Under the pieces are notes generated by a model. The model ran no database searches. It was not told the origin of the DNA and saw only the letters and a program-made list of their open reading frames with translations. From Mytilus trossulus (lineage: Eukaryota), in NCBI RefSeq assembly GCF_036588685.1, contig NC_086379.1, forward strand, positions 10,292,001 to 10,356,000: a stretch of 64,000 bases of DNA, in the 5' to 3' direction. A program made the position numbers and the translations under genes. Numbering within the stretch: position 1 is the stretch's first letter; the number at the start of each line of letters is the position of its first letter. This document shows, piece after piece, positions 52,031 to 64,000 of this stretch.

Positions 52031-55000
52031 AAGTAACTGTATATTATAAGTTGTATTGGATTGCAAGCTCTTCTTAAAATTTTCATTACTCCACTGACCT
52101 AGATTAATATTACAATAGATTTAAGTGTAAATAAAACCCGTATGCACACATCTGCTAGTGTCTGTCACCCTGTGAAAAACCTCGTCAGTTGTTTTATTTA
52201 GGTTTATCTGAATGAAATTCATTTAAAATCTATTTTCATGAATACAAATCGTCAGCGTTTGAGGAAACATATATTTTCTATTTTTTTCGTGGTTTACTTA
52301 CGCACTTAGGTATCCCCCGAGGAATAATGAATCCTGAAAATATAGTAGATCTTTGATGGTCACTGTTAATTTTGATATTTTTTTTACTATTTTATACTCG
52401 GGATCATTTGAATCTTTTCAAGTAGAATCTTTACTTTTCTAACGTTGAATACACTATATCTACCTGTATACAAGGACAATGTATTTGTTTTGGCGTTTGT
52501 GTGTCGTCAGGTTGTTCTTATATATATTTTTTTTTCTGGAAACAATTTTATCTACATTTTTTTTTCAAGTTCCCCTATGAATTTAACCCAAACAAAACAA
52601 AATCATTACGGTTCTCGAACGTGTAATTAAAGTACTGACCGTCAACCAATAAGGGTAACAGAAAGATAACGTTGTAAGAAGTGCACTTATTAAAACATAT
52701 GTGTGTAAAAAGTATTCATAAAAACTACAGCACAAGTTGAAACCAAATATCATGAATATGTTATTCATACTTTCTTCACAAAAATTAACATAAAATGTTT
52801 AACTGCCATAATAAATGTTAGAATCGAAGGTGTGCACTTAAAAAGTTCACTATAAGGAACCTTCTGAGGAAACGATAGTAAGTAGTGTATTCTAAAATGA
52901 GAAGAATCATCTCGGCGAAATTAAAAACAAAGTAACACACACTATAAGGACAACTAAAAAACAGGATCAGTCATACAGTATAATTAAAATAAAATTTTTG
53001 ATATACATCTTATCTAACTTTTAACTTTTATGAAATATGAGAAGAACGCATCTTAACTTTTTAAAAAGTTTACATCTTTCAATCAATCCAAATAATTTCC
53101 AGTTTTTTCACAGTTGATATTTATTGAAAACAAAACTGCAACTTCCCTGATTTTTGTTTGAAGACAAGGAATGCTATCAGTTTTGATGTAATCAGATTTG
53201 AAACCTTTATCATGTTTATTGTGAAGAAATAACTTTAAAGAACGGTCCTGTTTACTAAATACGCGTTAAGTGCATGCTTCCGGTATTGACATTTATTATT
53301 GCAGCAAAACATAAAATGTTTAAATGTTCCTTCGAGTTTTGAATTTATTGGTAACAAAAGCTGTTATATACGTGTTTCATGCTTTTCAAACTGCGCATTC
53401 TACAGTAGTTTATTAGTCGACTTTTTGTATGATCAAAGAGTAACCTAATTATGTCATAAATATTTAAAAAAAATCCCATAAAGCTTGGTTATGAAAAAGT
53501 CTTTTGTTTTTATCTATAAAGATTAAAAACGAATGGAAATAGAACAACACCGAAGTGCTACTATAAGGTTGTCACTTCTCATTAGATGATTTAAATATTT
53601 CTTAATTTTGGTTTTAATGCATTCATACAAATTCAATGTGTCATTTTGTGGAGTCTATCGAACTCTCCATCCATTCAAAATGTTGAAGTCTGAATATGCT
53701 CCAAATAAAATTTCGAAAAGCTAGGTGTTATTCTGAAATACTTTCTACACGAATAGAGGAAGCATTAAGTGTTAACTTTTATATGAATGCATGAGTACAA
53801 GGGTAAAGCACGAATACCTCATCGTATTCGGACAAAAAGTTCTGACGCTATGATGTCAACGGTTTGTTTGCTCTTAGTCAACAATATGGCGTGTTTCGGG
53901 GCTAAGTAGAAAATGTGAATAATCATTTGGTTTGACACACGATGGTAGTGTTATCTCAACGTTCTGCCGTACTCGACGACGATTTCGCTTCTACGAGACT
54001 ACCAATATAGTTCAGTTAGTCTCAGATCAAGTATTCTCCGCATTAAAGAAAATGATATATATATGTAGCTCGTGTGTGATTGTCTTCAATGCAAGTTAGC
54101 CACACTTTTTTTAACCAAATTAGTATGCTCATAATTCTTTTTAGTGCTCTGTAATCGTATTTTATGGTTTATCCACAGTGCCTGTTTATATCAATTTATT
54201 TTTTAATTTGAATCAAAGTTAATGCTAACATTTTAACACTTTATTGACAATGCAGATCATCTGAAAAGTTCTATAAGTTTAAAATTGACTTGAGTTGTTT
54301 GAATTATTTAGAACTTGGAAAATTATAGATGACGCCTTTGTCTTGAACTAATCTATAATAACGTTTTATAGAGGGAGATTCACGACACAACATGGGTTAA
54401 GATCTGTTGACGATAAAAGATGATAACAAGTTGATAACCTGCACTAGAGAAATCAAATGATCCATATAGAAGATAGATGGGTTTTTATAAGAAAACTTAC
54501 AGTAACATACTTACTTATTATAGTGTATATCCAATTAATATATATTTTATAATTTTTGTTAACATGTCAGCCGCTGTAAAGATTCAATAATAACATGTAT
54601 ACATGTATTCAGTTCTCACAAGGGATACAAAAAAAATGCAAAAAAAGCACCCCCCCTGAATGTTATTGAAGCATCGCGATTACAGACTTACATGCCGTTG
54701 TATTATATTTTGTTGTTTATAAGTTATTCTTATATTTTCCGCTATTACTGCAAAAATGGTACCTGAAAATTATCCTTCTCTTTCTTATTTTTATGTATGT
54801 ATTTGTTTTTGTGTATGTAAAAGGCCCAGGGACACATTACTTAAGGATTTATTGAATGGGAATTACCAAGGTAGACATAGATGTGTTTTTTTGGCATTCC
54901 ATTCTTTTCAACCGCTTTTTTTCCAGAATTTGCATATTAACATTACATTTCATAAATGCATCAAGTACTCCACTTGTATAATTCCTTTATATTTTTTTTT

Positions 55001-55526
55001 CGAGTGGAACAACAAAGGGTTCAGTGTATAAATGTATAAATGCATCATACTTTTTCATTATATATGTATCTTGTGATTGCAATGCAATGCATCAACAAAT
55101 CAGAATAAAAATGAAAAAACTCTTTAAGATGGTTTACAACAGGAAAGTTAAGCCAAAGTTAAATATCAGTAAAGAAATCTGCTTCTACTTTAGTAAATCA
55201 AATCATAATAAAAGTGAAATAAAGCTAACTTAGAGGATATAACAGAGAGTCAGAACAAATCAATGTAGGACACATGCACTGGAATTAATTATAAACTGAT
55301 TCCAATTTATTACTGCACTACGTAATAATAAACGGCACGAGCGTAGTGTTGTTATATGCTGCATGTGCAACTGTCAAGAATAATAACAAACCCCAATAGA
55401 CTCAAACAGAACACAAATGTTATGAATTTATTAGAAACAAATTCCACTTTATCTCCATACTATTGTATATGCGAAAGTATTTAAAACAGAATATTTTTTA
55501 GTCCGATCTAGAAACTTTTAATGTAC

Positions 55527-55706
55527 CAAATGTAAGTTGTCAAGGTAAGAAACCAAGGAACTTCTAGATTCAAACATAGAAGACAAATGTAAGTTGTCAA
55601 GGTAAGAAACCAAGGAACTTATAGATTCAAACATAGAAGACAAATGTAAGTTGTCAAGGTAAGAAACCAAGGAACTTATAGATTCAAACATAGAAGACAA
55701 ATGTAA
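55527..55706. repeat. Three tandem copies of a 57-bp unit
   Basis: caaatgtaagttgtcaaggtaagaaaccaaggaactt(c/a)tagattcaaacatagaaga x3. Confidence 0.95.
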
Positions 55707-57520
55707 TGGGATTAATTTGAAAGTAATTTCACGTTTTTATTACACTGCGTTATACGCAAGAGTTCTTTAAAACAGAATATATTTGATAGGACCGATTGTT
55801 TTCGAATGTTATCCAAGCTACGTACCAAATTGTAAAGGTTAGAAACCGAAGCACCAATAGACACAAACAGAAAATACAAATAAACTATAGGTTCAAAAGA
55901 AATACATGTAATAAGAAATAATAAGAAATATCGGCTATCGTTGCAGAAAAGAGACACTGCGGCCCCAAACGTGTTTTTCACAAATGTGTTGTAATATTCA
56001 AATTTTTGTCAACGGATTATTATTTACTGTCAACACAGGATATCCAAAAAGAATACCATTGTCGCGTATGTAAATAATTCCGTTACTGAAAAACATCCAT
56101 CCTTTCTTTTTGCAATATTGCAATCAAAGAGACAATTTCTAGCAACAGATATTCAACAATTCATTAGCGACCAGAGGAGTATAATTTTGAGGGAAATTAA
56201 TTAATTGATTGATTGGTTCGTGTTAAACGCAGCTTTCAATACTGTTGTGTTATTTCTTGGCTGTCGGTTTTTATTTGTTGAGAGTTTCGAAAAAAAGTTG
56301 AGGGATACGAACGAAAATTGGTTTATCTATAATATAAAAGTAAATTTTGAACTAGATTGAATAGAATTAAAAATAAAATCCGACGACAACACATTCTGTG
56401 TTCCCCAATCGTCTGCACTGTTCTTCCTGTGCAACGTATACCTTTGAATGAAGCCAACATTAACTATTTTTGACGCGAATCATTTAGCTAGTACACACAT
56501 CGTATAATGTGTTTTACTCAGTGTTGCGGGATACAAAAGTATAGATATTGCATGTACATCTCTACAGGACTGACAGTCATAAGCGTTCATGATGTCCAAG
56601 CTTATACCCATTAAATCATTAAATACTAAGTTTTCGTCCATCCCGATCTATTCCTCAGTTGTAACGGTCTTTTATTTGACAAATATTTAAGGAAAAAGCT
56701 AAATTAATAAGTTTTACATTTAGACTAGTAGATTTTCACATTTCAACATTTACCAAATTTTAATGATCACTTTGCGGTCTACTACACATTCTAAATAAAA
56801 TCCAATATAAATTTACAGTTGTTCTTATTTTTACTTTGGCCATAGTTCTATTTACTACATTCCAAATTATATGGAGACAGACACTTAAAGAATTGTGGAA
56901 ACGTTCGGATAAATATATTTCTCGTTATTGATGATTTTGTCAAATAGTCGTTTAAATTCATAAACCGAATTGCTCACCAATATAGCTCTGCATTTTCTGC
57001 ACGATAAAATCCACTTAATACATAAATCTTTTATTTTTGTCATTCTTAAAAATTAACATGGATATTGGCATTGATAACATAGATACTGACTCGTAAGATA
57101 TTTTAGCTAATATTTATTTTTCACTTTACAAGACAATATCATTACACTGTAAAACGTTCAAAACAATCAAAATAATTATTTAACAACTGTAACATAGTTT
57201 TCTTGAAACATGTTATATCATTTTTACATTATATTTGATTTAGTTTAATTGAAATCTGTGGTAGACATTGATCAATCCTGCTGTTTCTTAAGTATTATCA
57301 TTTGGTTCGATAATTGTTCATCCTCCCTGTAGATGAGGTGTTAATATCCAATGCAAAATTATGATTGCATTACATATTTTTCTGCAGGAGATTCTTCGGC
57401 AATTCATTTTAATGGGAAACATTTATGGCATAGATCTGTCTAAAATAGCATTCAGCAATTTGAGAGTTTGAGACGTTGTGGCAGTAGGTCTGTCTCGCAA
57501 ATGTCGTTACGTAATCAAAG

Positions 57521-57702
57521 AAAAGAGGGACCAAAGATACCAAAGGGACAGTCAAACTCGTAAATCTAAAACAAACTGACAACGACATGGCTAAAAATGA
57601 AAACGACAAACAGAAAAACAATAGTACACATGACACAACATAGAAAACTAAAGAATAAACAACACGAACCCCACCAAAAACTAGGGGTGATCCCAGGTGC
57701 TC
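57521..57702 (-). mobile_element. Family D (PLE 3' end) young fragment
   Basis: Near-identical to the reverse complement of 15715-15896. Confidence 0.9.
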
Positions 57703-59771
57703 TTTTTCAACGTGCAAATTATATTGACGTTGCATTGTCACTTCATGTTGATCATGTCATTGATGGTCTTCAACAAATCCCTTCTACCGGTATCATTGTC
57801 AAAAGGACAGTAAGACGAGTTTATGACGTCAAATTGTCTAGTTACAGCACATGCACGTTTTCCTGTTTTCAGTATTCTAATGGTTTGATTCAGTTTTTTT
57901 ATTCCTCAGTCTTGGCAATATGGAGATGCAACATTTTAAAACTGATTTAAGTGTCCAAGGATTGAAAGAACTGTTTCATAAAAAAAAAAATATGAAATAA
58001 ACTGTTATTGGTTCGAAATTTTGCTTTCTGATAATTCATCAGTTATTTTCTTCGTCCACTTCCCTTCAAATAGTTGTTGACATTTCGCATCTGGTCTTAT
58101 GATTTCAAGTTATCATAACTTAAGGTCTGCCACATGCTTGTTTAAACAGATTTAAATGTTCGTTACGCAAATATGCATTCGTGGATTGTTTATTGTTTCT
58201 CTGTTTAATGCCATTTTTAATTAACGTAAAACGTAATACAAACATTATACAGGGTAAAAAATACAATTCCTTTATTCAAATAGGCAATCATCCATAATTT
58301 ATTTTCTCATCTCCGTTTGACACTTTTGAGACTTTTAAATTCAGTAAGCGCGGCTGGCGTACAATTATTAATCCTGGTATATTATGAGTTTGTATTATTG
58401 CATACATGCTCACAATTTTATTACACTTAAAATACTTTGCGGACATTTAGTTTTAACGTTAACATTCTATAAATTGCTTTGATGTTTGTAAATTACACAA
58501 ACGTCTCTTAAAATATGGCAAATCGATACGTAGTTTCTTTTTTATTTCTACAGATATTCAATTTTTAAGCATTCAAATATAATGAACAAGGATCCAAAAC
58601 ACTAACGGGTAGATATTAAGAAATTCTGCAATCAAATTTCTCATTCTCTTTTTCAAACGTAAATATGGTATTTGAAGTTATTCAACCGTCTATAATTTTA
58701 GTCAAATGCTTTATCAACATCATCAGAACCATATTACATTTCTGTCTTTGTTTAAAATGTAAGTTTTCATTCTATGTTCAGTTGTTCCTATATACTTCAT
58801 GTGATATAATCACCCTTTCGAAGCATCAGAAATCCCTGCTAGTTTTTAAGTAGAGCAAGAATTGATTATCCTTTTCTGGTATATGAGTTTATTTCTATTT
58901 TCTTATTGTTTTATGTTGCATATAAGTTAAACTTCTTGTAGTTTTTTTTGATAGATTTTTACAAGCGTGATTTCTTTGATGATCATTGTAATTAATATCG
59001 GTAATGGCCTGGTCTATCATTGTCAGATAAAAGTTCATATGGTGAAAACAAATCGTATTTGGTCCAATATTTGAAAACTGAAAGGATCATATGGCGTTTT
59101 TTTTAACTTGAATTCATGCTTAAGAGTGAACAAATACATTAAGCAATCATTAATTGTATGATACCTTATCACCAAATATAATGTATCACTGGATTAAAGA
59201 TTTGTAACACACGACGAATATCACGACTCGATATTAAAGGGAAAAATAGCTATTCATGCGAGCACACAAACAGAATATGAATTAACAACTTTATGAATAT
59301 ATAACACAATCTTATTTTTCTTTATAAGCTTAGAATATACAAAAACGATGACATCGTGTTATCATAGTTAACATATGTCGTTTTTAACTAAAAAATATCG
59401 TTAAATGCTTCGAAATGTTTTTTTTTTTATTAATAACAATTTAAATTTCTACACTATGTATTTGTTCTTTGAAATTTATTGCTGTCATTGATATGTTAGT
59501 TATATCAAATCGAGATATATGAACACAGATGTTGAATCAATCTAAAAATAAAATCAACTGTTGATATTTTTTTTTGTGCAATGCTTTGATTGAAATCAGT
59601 ATTCCATGTAAAAAATGTTTGTTAATTTGCCACGAAAGTCAATAAAATTTAAACATTTAGTTTTTTATTAGATAAAATCGACTTAGATATTGAATGGAAC
59701 ACGATAGGTTTCATGTAAGAATTCACAGCAAACAACTACCTGACATTTCAAATAAGTTATTTTACTTGTCT

Positions 59772-59955
59772 TGATAGTTATGAAAGGTACTAGGATTATA
59801 ATTTAGTACGCCAGTCGCGCGTTTTGTCTACATAAGACTCATCAGTGACGCTCATATCAAAATATTTATAAAGCCAAACAAGTAGAAAGTTGAAGAGCTT
59901 AGAGGATCCAAAATTCCAAATAATTGTGCCAAATACGGCTAAGTTAATCCACGCC
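59772..59955 (-). mobile_element. Hammerhead-bearing repeat (PLE pLTR/retrozyme-like)
   Basis: Contains the hammerhead relic below; degenerate relatives at ~28960-29020, ~36860-37050, ~58350-58390 and 5303-5329. Confidence 0.65.
59809..59850 (-). ncRNA. Minimal type I hammerhead ribozyme relic (inactive)
   Basis: Minus strand reads CGTCA CTGATGA GTCT-TATGT-AGAC AAAA CGCGCG AC TGGCG: stems I and II and a palindromic stem III are present, but GAAA->AAAA and GTC->GAC. Confidence 0.75.
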
Positions 59956-60642
59956 TTGAACGTGTTATTCCCTACAGCCAGGTTATTCGCATCTTCAAGG
60001 AGGAAAAACAAATGACAAACCTGGAAAAAAGAAAAAAAACAATGTAATAAACTTTTAAGATACAAATGTCGCTACAGTTTTATTTCAGTTCTTAGAAATA
60101 AACTCAGAATAATGAGACCAACTATTTGCTGGACACATGTGTTTTTATTGTTTATCTTATTAACAGGCTATTCTATGAACAAACTGAAAACAAGAAACAT
60201 TGTTTTATATCTTTAATAAGACAGATATCTAACTAACATAAACATTTAATCATGCTGAAGAAATAAACATTGACAAGTAAAACAGGAGACCTACATTGCA
60301 TTAAATAATGTATTGTTTTGTCAAGGACTTGGAGATATATGTTATTCAACGTCTGACCAATCACTTATGAATACAAAAAATGAATGCACGGTGTTACTTA
60401 AAAATATTGTTTTGTTAGTTTCAAAATGGTTTTGAAGCTTTGGTATAGAAATTATCAGTGTTTAATATAATATGATTCCAGATAGTTAAAATATAAAACA
60501 TTTTTAATATTCAAGGGATTTTGTAGGCAAAATATAAATAGCAAAAAAAGTCAATTGGGAATTTTAATGTCGGAAAAACTTAATTTCGGATGGTTACTTT
60601 CGTCACGAACAGAACGTTGAGATAATTTTTACTTGAATAACT

Positions 60643-61456
60643 AAATTTGAGAATGGAAATGGGGAATGTGTCAAAGAGACAACAACCCGACATTAGAAAA
60701 AAAACAACAGCAAAAGGTCACCAGCAGGTCTTCAATGTAGCGCGAAATTCCCGCACCCGAAGGCGTCCTTCAGCTGGCCCCTAAACAAATATATACTAGT
60801 TCAGTGATAATGAACGCCACACTAATTTCCAAGTTGTACACACGAAACTAAAATTAAAATAATACGCAATAAACAAAGGCCAGATGCTCCTGATTTGGGA
60901 CAGGCACAAAACTACGGCGGGGTTAAACAGGTTTATGAGATCTCAATCCTCCCCCTATACCTCTAGCCAGTGTAGAAAAATAAACGCATAACAATACGCA
61001 AATTAAAAATGCAGTTCAAGAGAAGTCCGAGTTCGATGTCAGAAGATGTAACCAAAAACAAATTAAACAAAATGACAATAATACATAAATAACAACTGAC
61101 TACTAGCAGTTAACTGACATGCCAGCTCCAGACTTCAATTAAACTGATTGAAATATTATGATTTTATCATATGAATATCAGGCACAATCCTTCCCGTTAC
61201 CGGTTTAGTATCATACCATCGTAACATATATGAGAAGATCATAACCCGTGTCACGCCAACAACTGGTTATTAAATAAGTGTATTTAGTTCCGATGCAAAG
61301 AACCTATAAGTGAATCAATATTAACGCCAACATATGTAATCTTTAATGACCTGACAACAGTATCGTATCTATATCCCTTCTTAATAAGTCTATTTAAAGG
61401 TTTTGTTAGTTTCTGAGTTGAATACTGACATGTTTGTGTTGTATAAAGAATATTTC
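60643..61456 (-). mobile_element. Family B long copy: end of a coding frame (61454-61284), 3' UTR and degenerate twister (60878-60968)
   Basis: 60643-61050 is homologous to B1-B3; the upstream part has a 56-codon open frame ending ...LIGSLHRN*. Confidence 0.8.
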
Positions 61457-62278
61457 TTCTTAAAAAAAATAAAAATAATAATAAATGTTTTTTTTTCGCA
61501 AATCGATCTTCTTCAAAATATCTAAACCAAACAAATGTGCAATATAATTTAAGTAAAATAAGTAGTTTATGCTAACTCGAGTTGCAAGGTCAAATTATTC
61601 TTTAGGATTCTGTTTGATTGAATTGTTTCGAATTATTTCACTTTTTAGCTTTTAAACTTGTAACTTTGAGTAATCCCTTTTTCGGTCAACGCATTAACTC
61701 ATTCCAAATGAAATTAAAATAACAAAGTCTTATAATTCTAGTTAAGTAATAAGTCCAACAGAAAGTCTATTTAATATGCTGTCGTGGACAAATTCAAATC
61801 GTCTGTGTTTTTCGATGCAAAAAAAGCCACTAGAAATGACGTAAGACAATGTAAACAGAATGCAGTTCTTTGAGTGAATTTTACATGAACCTGTGCTACA
61901 TAATAACATTTTGATCGATACTTCTTTCGATTATTTATAGAACATTCAATTTTGGATAGATTCAGCTGTTTCAATTAGTGTTCCGTTTTGAATTTTCTTA
62001 GATGACAGATCTTACGAATTACAAAATACTTTCAACTCAATGTATTAGCTTTTAAAATCATTGACTAAAGACACTCAAGTGGTTAGATTACGTACGATTT
62101 CAAGGTTGCTTGTTGACCAAGTAGAAAGTTTAAATATTTAATTACCATTCGACGTGAAAATATGCATTTTTGTGACTTGAACTATATTTATCTAAATTTT
62201 TTAAAGAATCACAGTTAAGGGTACCAAGACCAAGACAGGCATAAATAGACAAGTTCAACCGATTCCCTGTCAAACTAT

Positions 62279-62463
62279 ATAGATATAGGAAGATGTGGTG
62301 TGAGTGCCAATGAGACAACTCTCCATCCAAATAACAATTAAAAAAATGTAAACCATTATAGGTTAAAGTACGGCCTTCAACACGGAGTCTTGGCTCACAC
62401 ATAACAACAAGCTATAAAGGGTCCCCAAATTACTAGTGTAAAACCAATCAAACGGGAAAACCA
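62279..62463 (-). mobile_element. Family C 3' fragment
   Basis: Near-identical to 4436-4620. Confidence 0.9.
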
Positions 62464-62664
62464 ATATGTTCATTTCTATCATACAACTTCGAATTTTTAA
62501 TGTCTGCTGCTATTCTGCATGTCACTCAAAGAGTCGATTTAGATAAATACCAAGAGTAAATATAATAATACATTGATCCTTGCTTTTTCCATTAAGTCAA
62601 TGTCAGGAATTTCAAGCTAATTCAGGACCAGAACAAATAGTTTGTATATAGATCAGACAGTTAG

Positions 62665-62842
62665 ATTTCCTGTTTGAACTATTGTACACTATCATTTTTA
62701 AGTCCTCTTTAGCTTGCTGTTCGGTGTGGAACAAGGCTCCTTGTTGAAGACTGTACGTTTACATTTTAATGGTGTTTTTTTTTCACATGATGATATGGAC
62801 GGAGAGTGATTTCATTTGCACTCATAACCCATCTTCCTATTT
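62665..62842 (+). mobile_element. Family C 3' fragment, older, inverted relative to 62279-62463
   Basis: agcttgctgttcggtgtg..caaggctcc..gttgaag...ggagagtg..tcattt gcactcat..ccatcttcctat. Confidence 0.75.
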
Positions 62843-64000
62843 GTAATAGATATAAATTGTATGTTCTTAAAATGTTGTCAACTGTGATGATGAACGTGAA
62901 TTTGTACTGTCAATATGATAAAAAAAAGTTACTAGTATGTTGGATAGTGGCTGGTATTTTCCCATGCATAAGACCATTCGTTGAGTTGATAAAGTGTTTT
63001 AACGTACATGCGCGTGTTACTAGCTGACCAAATATCCTGGTTGTAAATCATTAACTGTGTATCTCAGTTAAGAGATGTATTACCGTCTTGTACTTAATGT
63101 GAACGAGTTATTACATTGTTTTCCAATAAGTGTTTCATTATATTTTGCTGACAAGTCCTGTGTCAAGAAGACACAATAACATTTCAATCATACAGCTGCA
63201 AAATAGTTAATATAAATTTCTTAACAGTGTACAATGATTGTTTTACTACCGCTTGAAGTTCATTCACTATCAGGAAAATGATAGTATTTTACTTTTTTGA
63301 TGGAGGAAGGTTACAGGTATATATACTATTAGCTTAAAAGGACAATTCATATGATAAATACAGCATTTTGCTTTGCATAATACAATTGAAATTCTTGAGG
63401 TTTGATTTGACTTCAAAGTGTTTTGTTTTGTCCGTTTCATGTCTTAAAATTGTGAAAATTATTTTTTTATTATCGATGTTATAACAAAAAAATTGATGGC
63501 TACTGGTATGAAGCCCCTCATAACGTTTCCGGTCTGTACAAATTATCCGTTTTGCAACTTTTACTTCATCATTATATCAGAGTTTTGAGAAACTGATAGT
63601 CTTTATTTACAGCATAAGTTAATTGATTTCCATTGTTACAACTAAGAGAACTTAACCAATACTACTTTTATATTATATAACACGGTAAATATACACCAAA
63701 GAATCGTGTGATCAGCACTAATCTTTAATTCAGCTACATCATGAAAGAAATTGATGAAGTTGTCAAACTAATTTTTCTGCTGTGTATACGTTAATACACA
63801 ATCGTTATTCTAAAAGCAATACAGCTTATATATATCAGTACAATACATGTTGTATTAGGATTCATATAGTACAGTTTTAAGAAACTCATGAAAATGATTT
63901 AATTTGGGATCTTTTGACTCTGTATTATTTTCTTTCGTCGGATTTTATTTAAACAATTTAAATTGTAAAAATGAGACAACATATGAAATAAAACGTCATC

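Overview
AT-rich animal genomic DNA, most likely a bivalve such as Mytilus (inferred from the repeat content, not proven). The only host coding sequence I can support is one exon (5914-6618) encoding the N-terminus to TM5/ICL3 of a class A neuropeptide GPCR of the RYamide/luqin-receptor type. It ends at a phase-0 GT donor, and no TM6-TM7 exon is visible in the remaining ~57 kb, which is therefore probably one large intron. That region holds four decayed Penelope-like (Naiad-type) RT fragments, a 5'-truncated Tx1/L1-type LINE, a decayed Academ-type transposon with intact ends, two copies of a PIF/Harbinger non-autonomous element, a foldback element with an 8-bp TSD, a 44-bp minisatellite and a dead minimal hammerhead ribozyme. 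Main finding: three otherwise dissimilar dispersed repeat families (A, B, C; plus a decayed fourth, E) each carry a circularly permuted type-P5 TWISTER ribozyme. There are about 13 copies in 64 kb, with compensatory changes between families in P2, P3, P5 and both pseudoknots. In all three families the usual P1 hairpin is replaced by two tandem self-complementary palindromes, which suggests a dimer-dependent twister. Two copies lie downstream of retroelement-like coding sequence in the same orientation, suggesting twister-bearing Penelope-like 3' ends or 'twister retrozymes'. Catalytic activity and novelty are inferred, not tested.
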